This document shows positions 16,710 through 27,449 of a stretch of 32,959 bases of DNA, piece after piece. The notes under the pieces are model-generated. The model was not told the origin of the DNA. It was given only the letters and a program-made list of their open reading frames with translations, and searched no databases. Origin of the DNA: Planctomycetota bacterium (GTDB lineage: Bacteria > Planctomycetota > Planctomycetia > Pirellulales > UBA1268); the NCBI GenBank assembly GCA_003669255.1, contig QWPO01000028.1:1-32959 (forward strand). The letters are read 5' to 3'. The translations under genes and the position numbers were made by a program. The stretch's first letter is position 1; each line of letters starts with the position of its first letter.

Positions 16710-19700
16710 TCACTGCCACCAGCTCTTGAACCGGTCGAACATCCCGCCTGCCTGCCGGTCGGCAGGCTGCGGCGCGACGGGCGGAGCCGCGGTTGGCGGC
16801 GGCTCGGAGACAACCTGCGCGGCCGCCACGGCAGCGTCTGACACGAAGGCCTCGAGAAACATCGGCCAGTAGCCTTCCAGACCGACGAGGCAGCCTCCCA
16901 GATCCCCGCTCGACCGCTGGTGCTCCAGCAGACTCACGGCGGTGGTGATTCGCGCCCGCTGCGAGTCGTCGAAAGCGAGATCGAAGACACGCACATCGTC
17001 GATCTGCACGCGGCCCGGACCAAGCAGGTCGAGCCTCACCCGCAGCGACTCCACAGGCTCGGCCGGAAGGTCGTCGACCTGGAGGACAAACTGCGACCAC
17101 TGGCCGGTGAGTGGCCGGCCTCCGCTGAGTCCTCCGATCGCCGCAAACCGGTAGTACTCGCGGTCGCCCTGCACGCCCTCAATCGCGATTCGCAGCGGGG
17201 GCTGCACCGCCGCGTCGCTCACCCTCAGCCAGGCGGCCACGCTGATCCGCCCCGAGGCTGGCGCCGGAAACGGGTTGCTCCGCAGCGTTGCCAGCCCGTT
17301 GAACGAGGAAAACTCGAGCCCGCGGCCGGGCTGGTCGGGTCCGCCGGCGCCCGGAACGAGCGCCACACCGCCCCGTCGCGACTCCACCACCTCCCAGCCC
17401 GCGATCGACGCGGCCGGCTTGCCGTCTGTCGGCCCCATGCCGAGTTCGAACGCCGGGTTGTCGAGCACGTCGAGGGGCACCGGAGTCTCGAGCACATTCC
17501 GCCGCTGCCGCAACCGCTCGACGCGGTCCGCGAGATCGCGGCGGACATCATCGGCATAGTCTGCCTTGGCCACCCTCACGCTGCAGTCGCCCTCGAGGAC
17601 CACGCACCGCACGCCCCAGGCAGCCAGCGGCACGATCACCTCGGATTCTCCCGCAGTGGCCAGCGGAGAGCCGTCCACCGCATCGACGGCCGTGGAGGGC
17701 CGGCCGGTCACCGCCAGCCGTGCCGTGACCGGCACCGCGGTGAGATTCGATACGAGTGCCCACGCCAGCCCCTGCTGGCGACACGCGCGGACGACGAGCG
17801 GCTGGTCAGCCTGAACAACGGAGGCCGTCATCATCGGCATTGATTCGAACGCCGTCCTCGGAGGTGATCGAGGTGCCGCCGCGCAGAGCAGCGTCGCATC
17901 GAAAATCGCCTCCGCATCAACGAGGCCGACGGCCTCCGCGAGGCCGCGAGATCCGGCCTCCGCAGGCATCACGATCACCTGCTCCCGAGCCGTCGCCGCC
18001 CCAAACGGACCGTGCGGCAGGGCGTCTTCCACGTCGATGCCAGATGCCCTCTCGACCAGCACCGTGGCCCTGCGGCGAGACGCCGCAGCCGCCCGCGCGA
18101 CTGCGGCCGATCGATTGGCGGTCTCCAGCACGGCCCGTTCCCGCACGCCGTCGGCCGGCGCGTGCACGCGGGGCCAGACGTAGACCACGCGATCGGCTCC
18201 CGGCAGGGCGTGCATCGCCGTGGGGTCGTACCCGGCGAGCCGCACGCGGTCGTCAGTTGCTTCACTGTCGGTAGCCAGGCTGCTAGCGGCAGGATCGCCG
18301 ACGGCAAAGAGCGTGGTGGGCACGATGTGCAGCGGCCACCGCGAATCGACCGCGGCCACCGCCGATGCAAGCCGGGCGTGGAACCGGGCCACCTCGGCGC
18401 ACCTCCACGCGATCCAGGCATCGCGAAACGGCCCCTCGACGAGTCGCGCCCGCTCGGCAAACCTGCCCTCGCCCTCGGTCACGGGCGGCGACGGGAGCGT
18501 GGCGGCAAAGCGGGTGAACGTGTCGTCGTCGAGCGGCCAGGCGAGGCCCGGGAGATGGAGCCAGCCATCGTGTGGGATCACAACCGCCACGCCGGCAACC
18601 GCCGCGGAACCGCGGAGCCGCCCAGCCATCTCCACGACCACCTCCTCGACCGCCTTCTGGACCGTCGGATGAAGCATGTTGTAGTGCACGCCGCCTGCCT
18701 GGAGCCGACGCGGCTTGCCGTCGCGGCCAATGCAGGCGATGCCGAGGCCGGCAGCTCCCTCGGCAAGCGCCGCTTCCACCGCAGGCAGCGGCGCGTCGAA
18801 CCGGGCCGCAGGAATCATCGTCAGGCCATGCCGCGCGTGAAGCCGGGCGGTGGCGGCAAGCAGGTCTCGACTGAAACTGCCGTTGCCCGCGTCCCACCGC
18901 GGCGCCTGCCGCGTAGCGGTGGAAGGCCAGGTCGCGGCTCCTTCGGCATAGGCCGTGAGCATGGTGCCGCCCCCTCCCTGGGCCGCGACGAGTTCGGCCA
19001 GGTGCCGCGATCCCGCCACGTGCGCCGCCCAGTCGACGACGAGCCGGCCTTCCTGCGGGGCAAACCTCGCCGCACCGCCGAAGGCGCGAGCGAGATCAGG
19101 CACGTCGGCGAATGCCTGCACGCGCCGGGCGGCAACGGCTGAGCGGACCAAGAGCGCGGCGGGCGGGCGCGGCGACTCCGGCGGCAGTCGGGCCGGACCA
19201 GCCGACACTCGCATACGACCGATCGTCGCCGTATGGCGAGTCGACGCGTTCGCAATCAGCACGAGCGGCTGCTTCGTGGTGGGCCAGAAAATGAAGCGGT
19301 GCACGGCGATCGCCGGAGAAGCTGCGGCGACCGGCGGCCGCGCCACCGTGAAGCCTCCCGAGTGCCGCGTCTGCACGACCACTCCCGCGGCGTCGGCCTC
19401 GAGCACGGCAACGCCAACCGTGGCATCCTGATCGGTCGGGTATTCGATCTCGACCGCATGCGGCAGGCCCGGCTGCACACCGGCCAGCACAAGCCCCTCC
19501 CAGGCCGGGCTTCCGGATCGTTCGGCGGGCGGAAGCCGGAGCATCGGACCGAGCGAGTGCGTGACGAGCGTCGAATGGCCGTGGGAGAGCAGCCCGCTGA
19601 GCCGGGGAACCATCGCCGACACGTTGGGCAGCGGCACGGCGGGCAGTGGCACGCTCGGGAGCTTCGGCAGCGGCACCGAGGCCATCGACAGGCTCGGGAG

Positions 19701-20687
19701 CGGCATCTCCGGAAGCGGCATGCTGGGGAGACTCACCCCGGGAAGCCGCCGCAGCCGTTCGAGCAGCCGTGGGCTTCCCGGATCGAGTTCGTAGACGGAC
19801 TTCCACGGCTCGGCGCCCGCCGGCTCAACCGGTCCCTCGCCGAGGGCGACGATTTCGATCGCTCGCGACGACAGCGAACGCGACCAGCGGAGTCCACCCC
19901 GCTCGAAGGCCTCGAGTTCCACCACCGAGACTCCGTCGTCCGCCGGCAGCGACACGTCAAACATGACCGGGGCAAACTCGGTGAATCCGCGGCCGGCCAC
20001 CGCCACGGCGTCATCGGCGAGCGGCGACAATGGCACCGCCTGCGCGGCGACCTCGATGCCCTGCGGCGATTTCAGCCGCATCCGCAGCTCGACCGAGTGG
20101 CCGCCCTGAAGCCGCGTGGCAAGAATCGGATCGACGCTCACTCGGAGCCGGTCTCCGGGCCGACGGACAAGCCCGAGCGTCTCAACCGAGAAGCGATCGG
20201 CGGCATCGTCCGATGCCGCCTCGACGTAGAGCGCGTCATCCGCCGGAATCCGCGCCGTGAGCCGGTTGCCGAGGGCGTCGAGCGGCTGCTGCGCCGGCGC
20301 CGTCACAAGATCGATGATCGGGACGTCGAGCGTGGTCGGCTTGCCTCCGTCCGAGGCGGCGAGCCGCGCCACGAGCCGTGCCACCTTCCAATCGTCCACC
20401 GTGATCTCGATGCCATCGCTCGCGATCGCCCGCGGCTGATGGACGTGTACCGTGTGGGCCGAGTCGTGCGCGTGCGCGGCAGCGTCGGCATCGGTCGAGA
20501 GCGTTCGCCACGACAGCGGTGCCACGGCGCCGCCAGCGGTGACGATCTCCACCGTGCCGCTCCAGGCCTGAGGCGTGCCGCCCCCCCACTGCACGCGGAG
20601 CACCACCGGCCGCGCCTCGGCGACGAGCGCGACCAGCACCGCGGCGGCGATTGCGAGCGCGCGGACGACGACCATCGGGCTTTCCAT
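16710..20687 (-). CDS. Large secreted multidomain protein with a divergent glycoside-hydrolase-like (GHL10-type) central region and a C-terminal CBM-like domain
   Basis: Signal peptide VRALAIAAAVLVALVAEA; central YAEGAATWPS..RDLL..HGL...HYNMLHPTVQKAV..DDDTFTRF..WIAWR pattern; CBM-like NPAFE..GW..W.QFVLQV..VQIDDVRVF. Start inferred at ATG 20687 or 20675. Confidence 0.7.
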   Translation of the reverse strand: MESPMVVVRALAIAAAVLVALVAEARPVVLRVQWGGGTPQAWSGTVEIVTAGGAVAPLSWRTLSTDADAAAHAHDSAHTVHVHQPRAIASDGIEITVDDWKVARLVARLAASDGGKPTTLDVPIIDLVTAPAQQPLDALGNRLTARIPADDALYVEAASDDAADRFSVETLGLVRRPGDRLRVSVDPILATRLQGGHSVELRMRLKSPQGIEVAAQAVPLSPLADDAVAVAGRGFTEFAPVMFDVSLPADDGVSVVELEAFERGGLRWSRSLSSRAIEIVALGEGPVEPAGAEPWKSVYELDPGSPRLLERLRRLPGVSLPSMPLPEMPLPSLSMASVPLPKLPSVPLPAVPLPNVSAMVPRLSGLLSHGHSTLVTHSLGPMLRLPPAERSGSPAWEGLVLAGVQPGLPHAVEIEYPTDQDATVGVAVLEADAAGVVVQTRHSGGFTVARPPVAAASPAIAVHRFIFWPTTKQPLVLIANASTRHTATIGRMRVSAGPARLPPESPRPPAALLVRSAVAARRVQAFADVPDLARAFGGAARFAPQEGRLVVDWAAHVAGSRHLAELVAAQGGGGTMLTAYAEGAATWPSTATRQAPRWDAGNGSFSRDLLAATARLHARHGLTMIPAARFDAPLPAVEAALAEGAAGLGIACIGRDGKPRRLQAGGVHYNMLHPTVQKAVEEVVVEMAGRLRGSAAVAGVAVVIPHDGWLHLPGLAWPLDDDTFTRFAATLPSPPVTEGEGRFAERARLVEGPFRDAWIAWRCAEVARFHARLASAVAAVDSRWPLHIVPTTLFAVGDPAASSLATDSEATDDRVRLAGYDPTAMHALPGADRVVYVWPRVHAPADGVRERAVLETANRSAAVARAAAASRRRATVLVERASGIDVEDALPHGPFGAATAREQVIVMPAEAGSRGLAEAVGLVDAEAIFDATLLCAAAPRSPPRTAFESMPMMTASVVQADQPLVVRACRQQGLAWALVSNLTAVPVTARLAVTGRPSTAVDAVDGSPLATAGESEVIVPLAAWGVRCVVLEGDCSVRVAKADYADDVRRDLADRVERLRQRRNVLETPVPLDVLDNPAFELGMGPTDGKPAASIAGWEVVESRRGGVALVPGAGGPDQPGRGLEFSSFNGLATLRSNPFPAPASGRISVAAWLRVSDAAVQPPLRIAIEGVQGDREYYRFAAIGGLSGGRPLTGQWSQFVLQVDDLPAEPVESLRVRLDLLGPGRVQIDDVRVFDLAFDDSQRARITTAVSLLEHQRSSGDLGGCLVGLEGYWPMFLEAFVSDAAVAAAQVVSEPPPTAAPPVAPQPADRQAGGMFDRFKSWWQ

Positions 20688-20781
20688 GGTGAAACGGGGC
20701 GGTCTGCGGGGAGGGCGGATGGTAGCGGCCGCCCCCAGGCCGGGCCACGCGGGTTTGCCGGGGAAAACCCGCAGAAAACCG

Positions 20782-21927
20782 TCACTCGGCAGGATGCATC
20801 CCGGCCCCGAGCGGCGCCGTCCAGGCTTGCAGACGATCGCCGGTCGCGGCCGCTTCGGCCAGTGGCCGAAGGTCTTCAACCACCGTTGGGCAGCGGTTGG
20901 CCACATCGCAGAGGTCAAACCAGTCGTCGGGCTTAGCGAACAGCCGCAGCACCGCCTCCTCGTGATGCGGCAGCCTGATGAGATGCCATGCCGGCGTGAC
21001 CACGGCCACCCCCTCCGCTCCGATGACGATCACGCGATCCCGGGCAGCGACGCTCCAGTCGGCGAAGAGGGATGCGAGCGTGCGACCCTGCCACGGCTCG
21101 TGCGGCGACACGACCCCACCAGCCAGCGACTCGGCCAGCGTCTCCCCGAGGTCGGCGGGCGTCACCAGGCCGCCGTAGCGCTGGCCCGCCATCCGCGCAG
21201 CACGATCGACGAGGATCACGGGCAGACGCACCACCTCGTTGTAGGGCGGCAGCGACCCAGGGCCGAGGCGACCGTGCAGCCCCAGCGGCATGCCACGAAT
21301 GCCGGCGACGAGGATCGTGCAGCGGTCGCCCGCCGCATCGACGACGCGGGCGAGGCAGCGGTCGAGGAGCGTGACCTGGCCGGCGAACACGTGCCGCAGG
21401 CCGGTGACGAGGTCGGGATCGGTGTCGGCCGTGACGGCCAGATCGGGCACCGCGGCGCCGGCCGGCGGCGGCGGGTCGTCGGGGTCCACATACGCCTCGC
21501 GAAACTCGTCGGGCGCGTCCCACGAAGTGCCGAGGCTCCCGGCGTGGCACCAGACCAGGTCGTATCGCTGCTCGGCCACGACGGCCGCCGCGGCCGCAAA
21601 CAGTCGGGCAAGATTCGACGACGGTTCGTCGGTGGCCTGCCGCCGTGGCGACGCGACAGGCACGACGGTCACGTCACCGTGACACACGCCGTCGGTAAGC
21701 CTGGGGTCGTCCGTGACGATGGCCGCCGACTGCCGCTCCGCCACCCGAGCGAGCAGGCCCCGCGCCGCATCCCTGGGATCGTCCGACGTGGCGACCACGC
21801 CGTCGAACACCACTCCCCGTGCCGCCAGCCGGTCGATCGTGGGGGCCGCCACCCACGTTGCCCCATAGGCCGGAAGAATCCAGGCGGGGAGCCGGTCGAT
21901 CGTGACGACGAGGAGTGGGTCGTGCAT
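20782..21927 (-). CDS. Sulfatase-like (alkaline phosphatase superfamily) protein lacking the C/SxPxR motif
   Basis: LLVVTIDRL..LPAYG..W..APTIDRLAARGVVFD, LLDRCLARV, G.PLG.HG, VRLPVI, LF.KPDDWFDLCDVA. Confidence 0.8.
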   Translation of the reverse strand: MHDPLLVVTIDRLPAWILPAYGATWVAAPTIDRLAARGVVFDGVVATSDDPRDAARGLLARVAERQSAAIVTDDPRLTDGVCHGDVTVVPVASPRRQATDEPSSNLARLFAAAAAVVAEQRYDLVWCHAGSLGTSWDAPDEFREAYVDPDDPPPPAGAAVPDLAVTADTDPDLVTGLRHVFAGQVTLLDRCLARVVDAAGDRCTILVAGIRGMPLGLHGRLGPGSLPPYNEVVRLPVILVDRAARMAGQRYGGLVTPADLGETLAESLAGGVVSPHEPWQGRTLASLFADWSVAARDRVIVIGAEGVAVVTPAWHLIRLPHHEEAVLRLFAKPDDWFDLCDVANRCPTVVEDLRPLAEAAATGDRLQAWTAPLGAGMHPAE

Positions 21928-22028
21928 GCGATGGCGTGGGTTGGGAACGGCTGGATCGTGGGTTTGCGTCAGCGGGGCGTGGTCAGCGATGCTGTCGCCA
22001 TCTTTCTCGATCGTACCAACGGGGTTTC

Positions 22029-23474
22029 ATGGCCACGAACACCCACGGCTATCGCACGCAACCCACCGCCACCAGCGGCATGCCCCCGGGCATTCCCTAC
22101 ATCGTCGGGAATGAGGCCGCCGAGCGGTTTTCGTTCTACGGGATGAAGTCGATCCTGGTCGTGTTCATGACCCAGTATCTGCTGTCGAGCGCGGGCCGGC
22201 CCGACTTCATGACCGAGACGGAGTCGCGGGAGTGGATGCATCTGTTCGTTGCCAGCGCCTACTTCTTCCCGGTCATCGGCGGAATCGTGGCCGACGCCTT
22301 CCTCGGCAAATACCTGACGATCCTCCTGCTCTCGATCGTCTACTGCGTGGGGCACCTCTGCCTGGCGCTGATGGACATGCCCGAGCCCTTCCTCGCGGCC
22401 ACGCTCGAGCCCCGCGGCTGGCTGATCGCCGGCCTGGCGCTGGTGGCGATCGGCTCGGGGGGCATCAAGCCCTGCGTGTCGGCACACGTGGGAGATCAGT
22501 TCGGCAGGTCGAACAGCCACCTCCTCGAGCGGGTGTTCGGCTGGTTCTACTTCGCGATCAACTTCGGATCGTTCTTCTCCACGCTGCTTACGCCCTGGCT
22601 GCTTGAACACTACGGCGCCGGCTGGGCCTTCGGCGTGCCGGGCATCCTGATGGCGATCGCCACGCTCATGTTCTGGCTGGGCCGCAACCGCTTCGTGCAC
22701 GTGCCCCCGCGGGGGTCGGCCTACTTCGCCGAGACCTTCGGCCCGCAGGGGCTCGCCGCGATCGCCAAGCTCGTGCCACTCTACCTGCTCGTGGCGGTCT
22801 TCTGGTCCCTCTACGACCAGACCGGCGGCGCCTGGGTTCAGCAGGCCCAGCAGATGGACCGCCGCTTCCTCGGCATCGACTGGCTCGAGAGCCAGATCCA
22901 GGCGATCAACCCACTCCTCGTACTCCTCTTCATCCCGCTGTTCGGGGTTGTCATCTATCCCGCGGTCGGCCGACTGTTCGACTTCACGCCGCTCCGCCGG
23001 ATCCTCGTCGGCTTCGTGCTGGCCGTCGCGGCCTTCGCGATCTCGGCCCGGGCCCAGGGCCTGATCGACGCCGAGTCGGCCCGGCTGGCGGCGGCGGGGC
23101 TGGGCCCGGAGGCGGCCCGCTGGCCGTCGGTGGTCTGGCAGTTGGCCGCCTACGTGGTGATCACAGCGGCCGAAATCCTCGTCTCCATCACCTGCCTGGA
23201 GTTCAGCTACACGCAGGCCCCGCCCCAGATGAAGTCGTTCGTCATGAGCCTCTACCTCTTGAGTGTTTCACTCGGCAACCTGTTTACGGCCGCAGTGAAC
23301 ATGGCCACCCGCGACGGCTCGGGCAACTCGACCCTCTCGGGCGCTTCCTACTACTGGTTCTTTACCGGCTGCATGGCGGTGGCGACACTGCTACTCGTTC
23401 CGGTAGTCTTGCTCTACCGTTCCCGTGAGTACCTTCAGCCGGAGGCCGACGATCCGGCCCCCCGATCTCACTGA
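22029..23474 (+). CDS. POT/PTR family proton-dependent oligopeptide transporter (MFS)
   Basis: [10 protein letters not shown] (ExxERFxxY), [52 protein letters not shown]. Confidence 0.95.
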   Translation: MATNTHGYRTQPTATSGMPPGIPYIVGNEAAERFSFYGMKSILVVFMTQYLLSSAGRPDFMTETESREWMHLFVASAYFFPVIGGIVADAFLGKYLTILLLSIVYCVGHLCLALMDMPEPFLAATLEPRGWLIAGLALVAIGSGGIKPCVSAHVGDQFGRSNSHLLERVFGWFYFAINFGSFFSTLLTPWLLEHYGAGWAFGVPGILMAIATLMFWLGRNRFVHVPPRGSAYFAETFGPQGLAAIAKLVPLYLLVAVFWSLYDQTGGAWVQQAQQMDRRFLGIDWLESQIQAINPLLVLLFIPLFGVVIYPAVGRLFDFTPLRRILVGFVLAVAAFAISARAQGLIDAESARLAAAGLGPEAARWPSVVWQLAAYVVITAAEILVSITCLEFSYTQAPPQMKSFVMSLYLLSVSLGNLFTAAVNMATRDGSGNSTLSGASYYWFFTGCMAVATLLLVPVVLLYRSREYLQPEADDPAPRSH

Positions 23475-23499
23475 CCCAGCGACCAGCACGAGGCCCCCC

Positions 23500-24420
23500 A
23501 TGAATGCCGCGATCAACCCCCTGCCGTCCCGCCGTACCTTCCTCGCCGCGGGTGCCACCGCGCTGGCCGCCGTGCCCCTGCGGGGCATCGCCGCCGACCC
23601 TGCCCCAGCCGCCGCAAAGGAACCGCTCTACAAGATCTCGCTCGCGCAGTGGTCGCTCCACAACACGCTCTTCTCCGGCAAGCTCGACAACCTCGACTTC
23701 CCACGGGCCGCGAAGCAGCAGTTCGGGATCGAGGCGGTGGAATACGTCAATCAGTTTTTCAAGGATAAGGCTCGCGACGAGGACTACATCGCCGAACTCG
23801 CCAAGCGGGCGGCCGACGAAGGCGTGACCAACGTCTTGATCATGTGCGACGGCCTCGGCGACCTTGGCGCCCCGGACGACAAGGCCCGCACGCAGGCGGT
23901 GGAGAACCACTACCCGTGGGTCGAGGCGGCGAAGCGACTCGGCTGCCACTCGATCCGCGTCAACGCCGCGAGCAAGGGCTCGTTCGAGGAGCAGCAGAAG
24001 CTCGCGGCCGACGGCCTCGCGCGACTCTCGGAATACGCCTCGCAGCTCGGCATGAACGTGATCGTCGAGAACCACGGCGGCCTGTCGAGCAACGGCGAAT
24101 GGCTCGCGGGCGTGATGAAGATGGTTGGCAAGCCGAACTGCGGCACGCTCCCTGACTTTGGCAACTTCTACGACTACGACCGCTACCGCGGCGTCGAGGA
24201 ACTGATGCCCTTCGCCAAGGGCGTGAGCGCCAAGAGCCACGAGTTCGACGCCGATGGCAACGAGGTTCGCACCGACTACCGCAAGATGATGAAGGTTGTG
24301 CTCGATGCCGGATACCACGGCTGGGTGGGTGTCGAGTACGAAGGCAAGGAACTGCCGGAGCCGGAGGGCATCCTCGCTACCAAGAAGCTCCTCGAGAAGG
24401 TCCGCGACGAACTGGCGTGA
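23500..24420 (+). CDS. Tat-exported sugar phosphate isomerase/epimerase (xylose isomerase-like TIM barrel)
   Basis: SRRTFL Tat motif; [53 protein letters not shown]. Confidence 0.9.
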   Translation: MNAAINPLPSRRTFLAAGATALAAVPLRGIAADPAPAAAKEPLYKISLAQWSLHNTLFSGKLDNLDFPRAAKQQFGIEAVEYVNQFFKDKARDEDYIAELAKRAADEGVTNVLIMCDGLGDLGAPDDKARTQAVENHYPWVEAAKRLGCHSIRVNAASKGSFEEQQKLAADGLARLSEYASQLGMNVIVENHGGLSSNGEWLAGVMKMVGKPNCGTLPDFGNFYDYDRYRGVEELMPFAKGVSAKSHEFDADGNEVRTDYRKMMKVVLDAGYHGWVGVEYEGKELPEPEGILATKKLLEKVRDELA

Positions 24421-24440
24421 ATCAACCGCCGGCTGTCGCT

Positions 24441-24513
24441 GCGGCACAGGTTGGAAGCCTATGGCGACGGGGGGCGACGGGGGGATCGTGGCCGCAGGTC
24501 TTTAACCTGCGGC
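24441..24513. repeat. Two degenerate REP copies
   Basis: 24441-24468 (minus: gtcgccataggcttccaacctgtgccgc) and 24488-24513 (gtggccgcaggtctttaacctgcggc). Confidence 0.6.
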
Positions 24514-24522
24514 ATGGAACCG

Positions 24523-24552
24523 TTGACGGTCGTGCCGGTCGCTCGCTAGAGT
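24523..24552 (+). promoter_or_regulatory. Sigma70-like promoter TTGACG-N18-TAGAGT for the SET-MMPL pair
   Basis: ttgacg 24523-24528, tagagt 24547-24552, about 45 nt before ATG 24596. Confidence 0.55.
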
Positions 24553-24595
24553 TCGCACTCCTCGCCCCGCCGATCACGCCTTGGCTTCCCACCCG

Positions 24596-25072
24596 ATGCC
24601 TGCTGACCACACCAGGACTCTCGAGTCCGAACCTGTTTCCCTCGACCGCACACTCCGCGTCGCTGAGACCCACGTCGGCAAGGGCGTTTTCGCCCGCCGC
24701 CGCATTGCATCCGGCGTCGTGCTTGGCGAGATTCGCGGCCCCATCCTCGACGACCACCCCGAGGATTCGAGCTACGTGATGGAACTTCCCGGCGGCCGGC
24801 TGCTCGATCCGGCCCCGCCATTCCGCTACGTGAACCACAGTTGCGACCCCAACTGCGAACTCTTCTACTGGGAGGCCGAGCCCGGTGAGACAGAGGAAGA
24901 GCGGCTGTGGATGCAGACGATCCGGCCGATCAACGCGGGCGAGGAACTCCTGATCGATTACTGCTGGCCGGCCGACGCGGCGATTCCCTGCCGCTGCGGA
25001 GCCCTGGGGTGCCGAGGATGGATCGTGGACCCGGCGGAACGCCACCTGATCGAGGAACGGACGGACGGCTGA
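24596..25072 (+). CDS. SET-domain protein-lysine methyltransferase with post-SET cysteines
   Basis: GKGVFARRRI..G, RYVNHSCDPNC, R.I.AGEELLIDY, post-SET CRCGALGCRG. Confidence 0.92.
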   Translation: MPADHTRTLESEPVSLDRTLRVAETHVGKGVFARRRIASGVVLGEIRGPILDDHPEDSSYVMELPGGRLLDPAPPFRYVNHSCDPNCELFYWEAEPGETEEERLWMQTIRPINAGEELLIDYCWPADAAIPCRCGALGCRGWIVDPAERHLIEERTDG

Positions 25073-27363
25073 CTGCCGGCCGCGCCGCCCCTTCGTCTCG
25101 ATCCTGGCACCGGGCCGGCTGGCTGCTCGCCGCGGCCGTGACCGCCCTTGCCGCGTTCGGTATCTCGCGGCTCCGGCTCGACGACGACCTGCGGTCGCTG
25201 ATCCGCGATTCGAACGGCGAGTTCGCCCTCGTCGACGAAGTGGCGGCGATCTTCGGGCCACCGGATCGCGACTGCATCGTGCGGGCCACGGCTCGCACGG
25301 GCGACATCTTCGATGCGGAACCGCTGGCGGCCCTGGAATCACTCGCCGCCCGCCTCCGTGACGTCGAAGGCGTGGAGCAGGTGCGGAGCATCTTCGATAT
25401 CCGTCGGCAGGGCGCCGCCGGCGCGATTCTGCCGGTGATCCCCAGGCGAAGTGGCCCGCTCGATGCCGAAGCACGGGCCGAGGCCAAGGCCCGCGCCTCG
25501 CGACACCCGCTCGTGGCCGGCCACCTGCTCTCGGCCGACACTGCGTCGTCGCTCCTGCTGGTGCAGCTTGCCGCCGACGCCGACCGCCCGCCGCGATCAA
25601 CAGACGTGGTGGCACGAGTCGAGGCGGCGCTTGCGGAGGCGGCCGATGACCGCGGTCCGCTGGCGGTCGAACTCACCGGCCTGCCCGCCCTCCGCGAGCA
25701 GGCGATGCAGGCGTTGCGGCGCGACATGCTCACGTTCAACTCCATCGGTCTGTCGCTGGCGGTGATTCTCTCCGCCGCGGTGGCGCGGAGCCTGCGGTCG
25801 ACGGTGGTGGCCTGCGTGCCGCCGTTCGTCGGGGCGGTCTGGGCCCTCGGAGCGCTGGGGCTGCTCGGGGCGCCCGTCACGGTGCTGACGAGCGTGGTGC
25901 CCTCGCTGGCCCTGGTGGTGGGCACCTGCGACTCGATCCACTTCATCGAGGACATGCGGCGGAGCGTGCGGCGAGGGCTCGACCCGCTCGCGGCGTCGTC
26001 GGGGGCTGTGCAGCGCATCGGCATGGCTTGCGGCCTCACGAGCATCGTCACCGCGATCGGCTTCGCCTCGCTGGCGGTCGCCCGGATCGAGGCCGTGAGG
26101 ACGTTTGGCATCGCCGCCGCGATCGGAGCCCTGGCCAGTTTCCTGGCCGTCACGCTGCTCACGCCGATGATCGCGGCCACGCCGTTCTGCAGCGGCCTGC
26201 GGCTCGGCCGCTCGTCGCGGCTGGCAGGCCGGGCCGCCAACCTGCTCGCGGCGTTCTCGGTGCGGCACGCCCGGCCGCTCGTGGCGGTGGCCTGCGGCCT
26301 CACCCTCCTCTTGGGCATGGCAGGCTCAGGGCTCGAAGCCGACAACCGGATCGTCGATTCGCTGCCGGCCGGAGCGGCGGCCTCGCAGACCCTCGCCCGC
26401 GTCGATGCCGACTTCGGCGGGGCGATGGGAATCGACATCCTCGTCGGCTGGCCCGAGGGCGTCGATTGGCGCGATCCAGCCGTGCTCGACGGGCTCCGCC
26501 GCGCCGAGGCGGTGATCGCCGGCGAGGCTGGAATCTCCAAGCCGATCTCATTCTCCACGATCGCCGGCGAACTGCCTCCCCGCGTCCGGCGACGGCTCGA
26601 CGCCGCCAGCGTTGGCGACCTCGTGTCTCCGGAAAATCGCGTGGCGATTGTCCGCGCCCGCGTGGCCGACCTCGGCTCCCGTCGGCTGGAGGTCATCTAC
26701 GACCGGATCGACACCTCGCTGGCGGCGATCGAGCGCGACCTGCCGGGCTGGCGTTTTCGGCTGGCGGGCATGTCGGTCGTTTCGGCCCGCAACATCCGGC
26801 AGCTCGTCCGCGACCTCGGCTCGAGCCTCGTCATCGAGGTGCTGGTGATCGGCTGCATCCTCGCCGTGGCATTCCGCTCGCCGCTGGCCGGCCTGGTGAG
26901 CATGATTCCCAACGTTTTTCCACTGGCGGTGATCGCGGCATTGCTCGTGGTCACCGGCCGGTCGCTCGACCCTGCGACGGTGATCGTGTTCAACGTCTGC
27001 CTCGGACTTGCGGTGGACGACACCGTGCACGTGCTCTCGGCGCTGTCCCGAAACCGCCGCGAGGGGATCTCGATCGCCACCGCGGTCCGCCGGGCCGTGG
27101 CCGAAACGGGCAACGCGGTGGTGATCGGCGGGGTGGTCCTGATGGTGGGCTTCGCCGCCGTCACCGCCAGCAGCGTGCCCTCGCTGGCGGGGTTTGGCAT
27201 GCTCGCCTGCGCGGCCGTGCTGGCGGCCACGATCGCGGAACTCGTGTTTCTCCCAGCCCTGTTGGTGGTCACCGACCACGCCGTGAAGCGGCGCTGGCCG
27301 GTGTTCCGCGACGGCATCTTCGGCACGCCGCTCGCCTGGCCGACCGAGCCCCGCGCGGCCTGA
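25018..27363 (+). CDS. MMPL/RND-family transporter
   Basis: Two 1+5 TM halves with periplasmic loops; VELTGLP, GTCDSIHF, LTSIVTAIGFASL, GLAVDDTVH, ELVFLPALL. Start uncertain (ATG 25018 overlaps the SET gene end). Confidence 0.88.
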   Translation: MDRGPGGTPPDRGTDGRLTAGRAAPSSRSWHRAGWLLAAAVTALAAFGISRLRLDDDLRSLIRDSNGEFALVDEVAAIFGPPDRDCIVRATARTGDIFDAEPLAALESLAARLRDVEGVEQVRSIFDIRRQGAAGAILPVIPRRSGPLDAEARAEAKARASRHPLVAGHLLSADTASSLLLVQLAADADRPPRSTDVVARVEAALAEAADDRGPLAVELTGLPALREQAMQALRRDMLTFNSIGLSLAVILSAAVARSLRSTVVACVPPFVGAVWALGALGLLGAPVTVLTSVVPSLALVVGTCDSIHFIEDMRRSVRRGLDPLAASSGAVQRIGMACGLTSIVTAIGFASLAVARIEAVRTFGIAAAIGALASFLAVTLLTPMIAATPFCSGLRLGRSSRLAGRAANLLAAFSVRHARPLVAVACGLTLLLGMAGSGLEADNRIVDSLPAGAAASQTLARVDADFGGAMGIDILVGWPEGVDWRDPAVLDGLRRAEAVIAGEAGISKPISFSTIAGELPPRVRRRLDAASVGDLVSPENRVAIVRARVADLGSRRLEVIYDRIDTSLAAIERDLPGWRFRLAGMSVVSARNIRQLVRDLGSSLVIEVLVIGCILAVAFRSPLAGLVSMIPNVFPLAVIAALLVVTGRSLDPATVIVFNVCLGLAVDDTVHVLSALSRNRREGISIATAVRRAVAETGNAVVIGGVVLMVGFAAVTASSVPSLAGFGMLACAAVLAATIAELVFLPALLVVTDHAVKRRWPVFRDGIFGTPLAWPTEPRAA

Positions 27364-27449
27364 TACGGTTCACACGTGGTCCTCGCGCGTCGTCGCGTCA
27401 CCGCAGCCGGCCCGACGTGGGTGGCCCGGAGCTCACCGCGAACTGGGAA

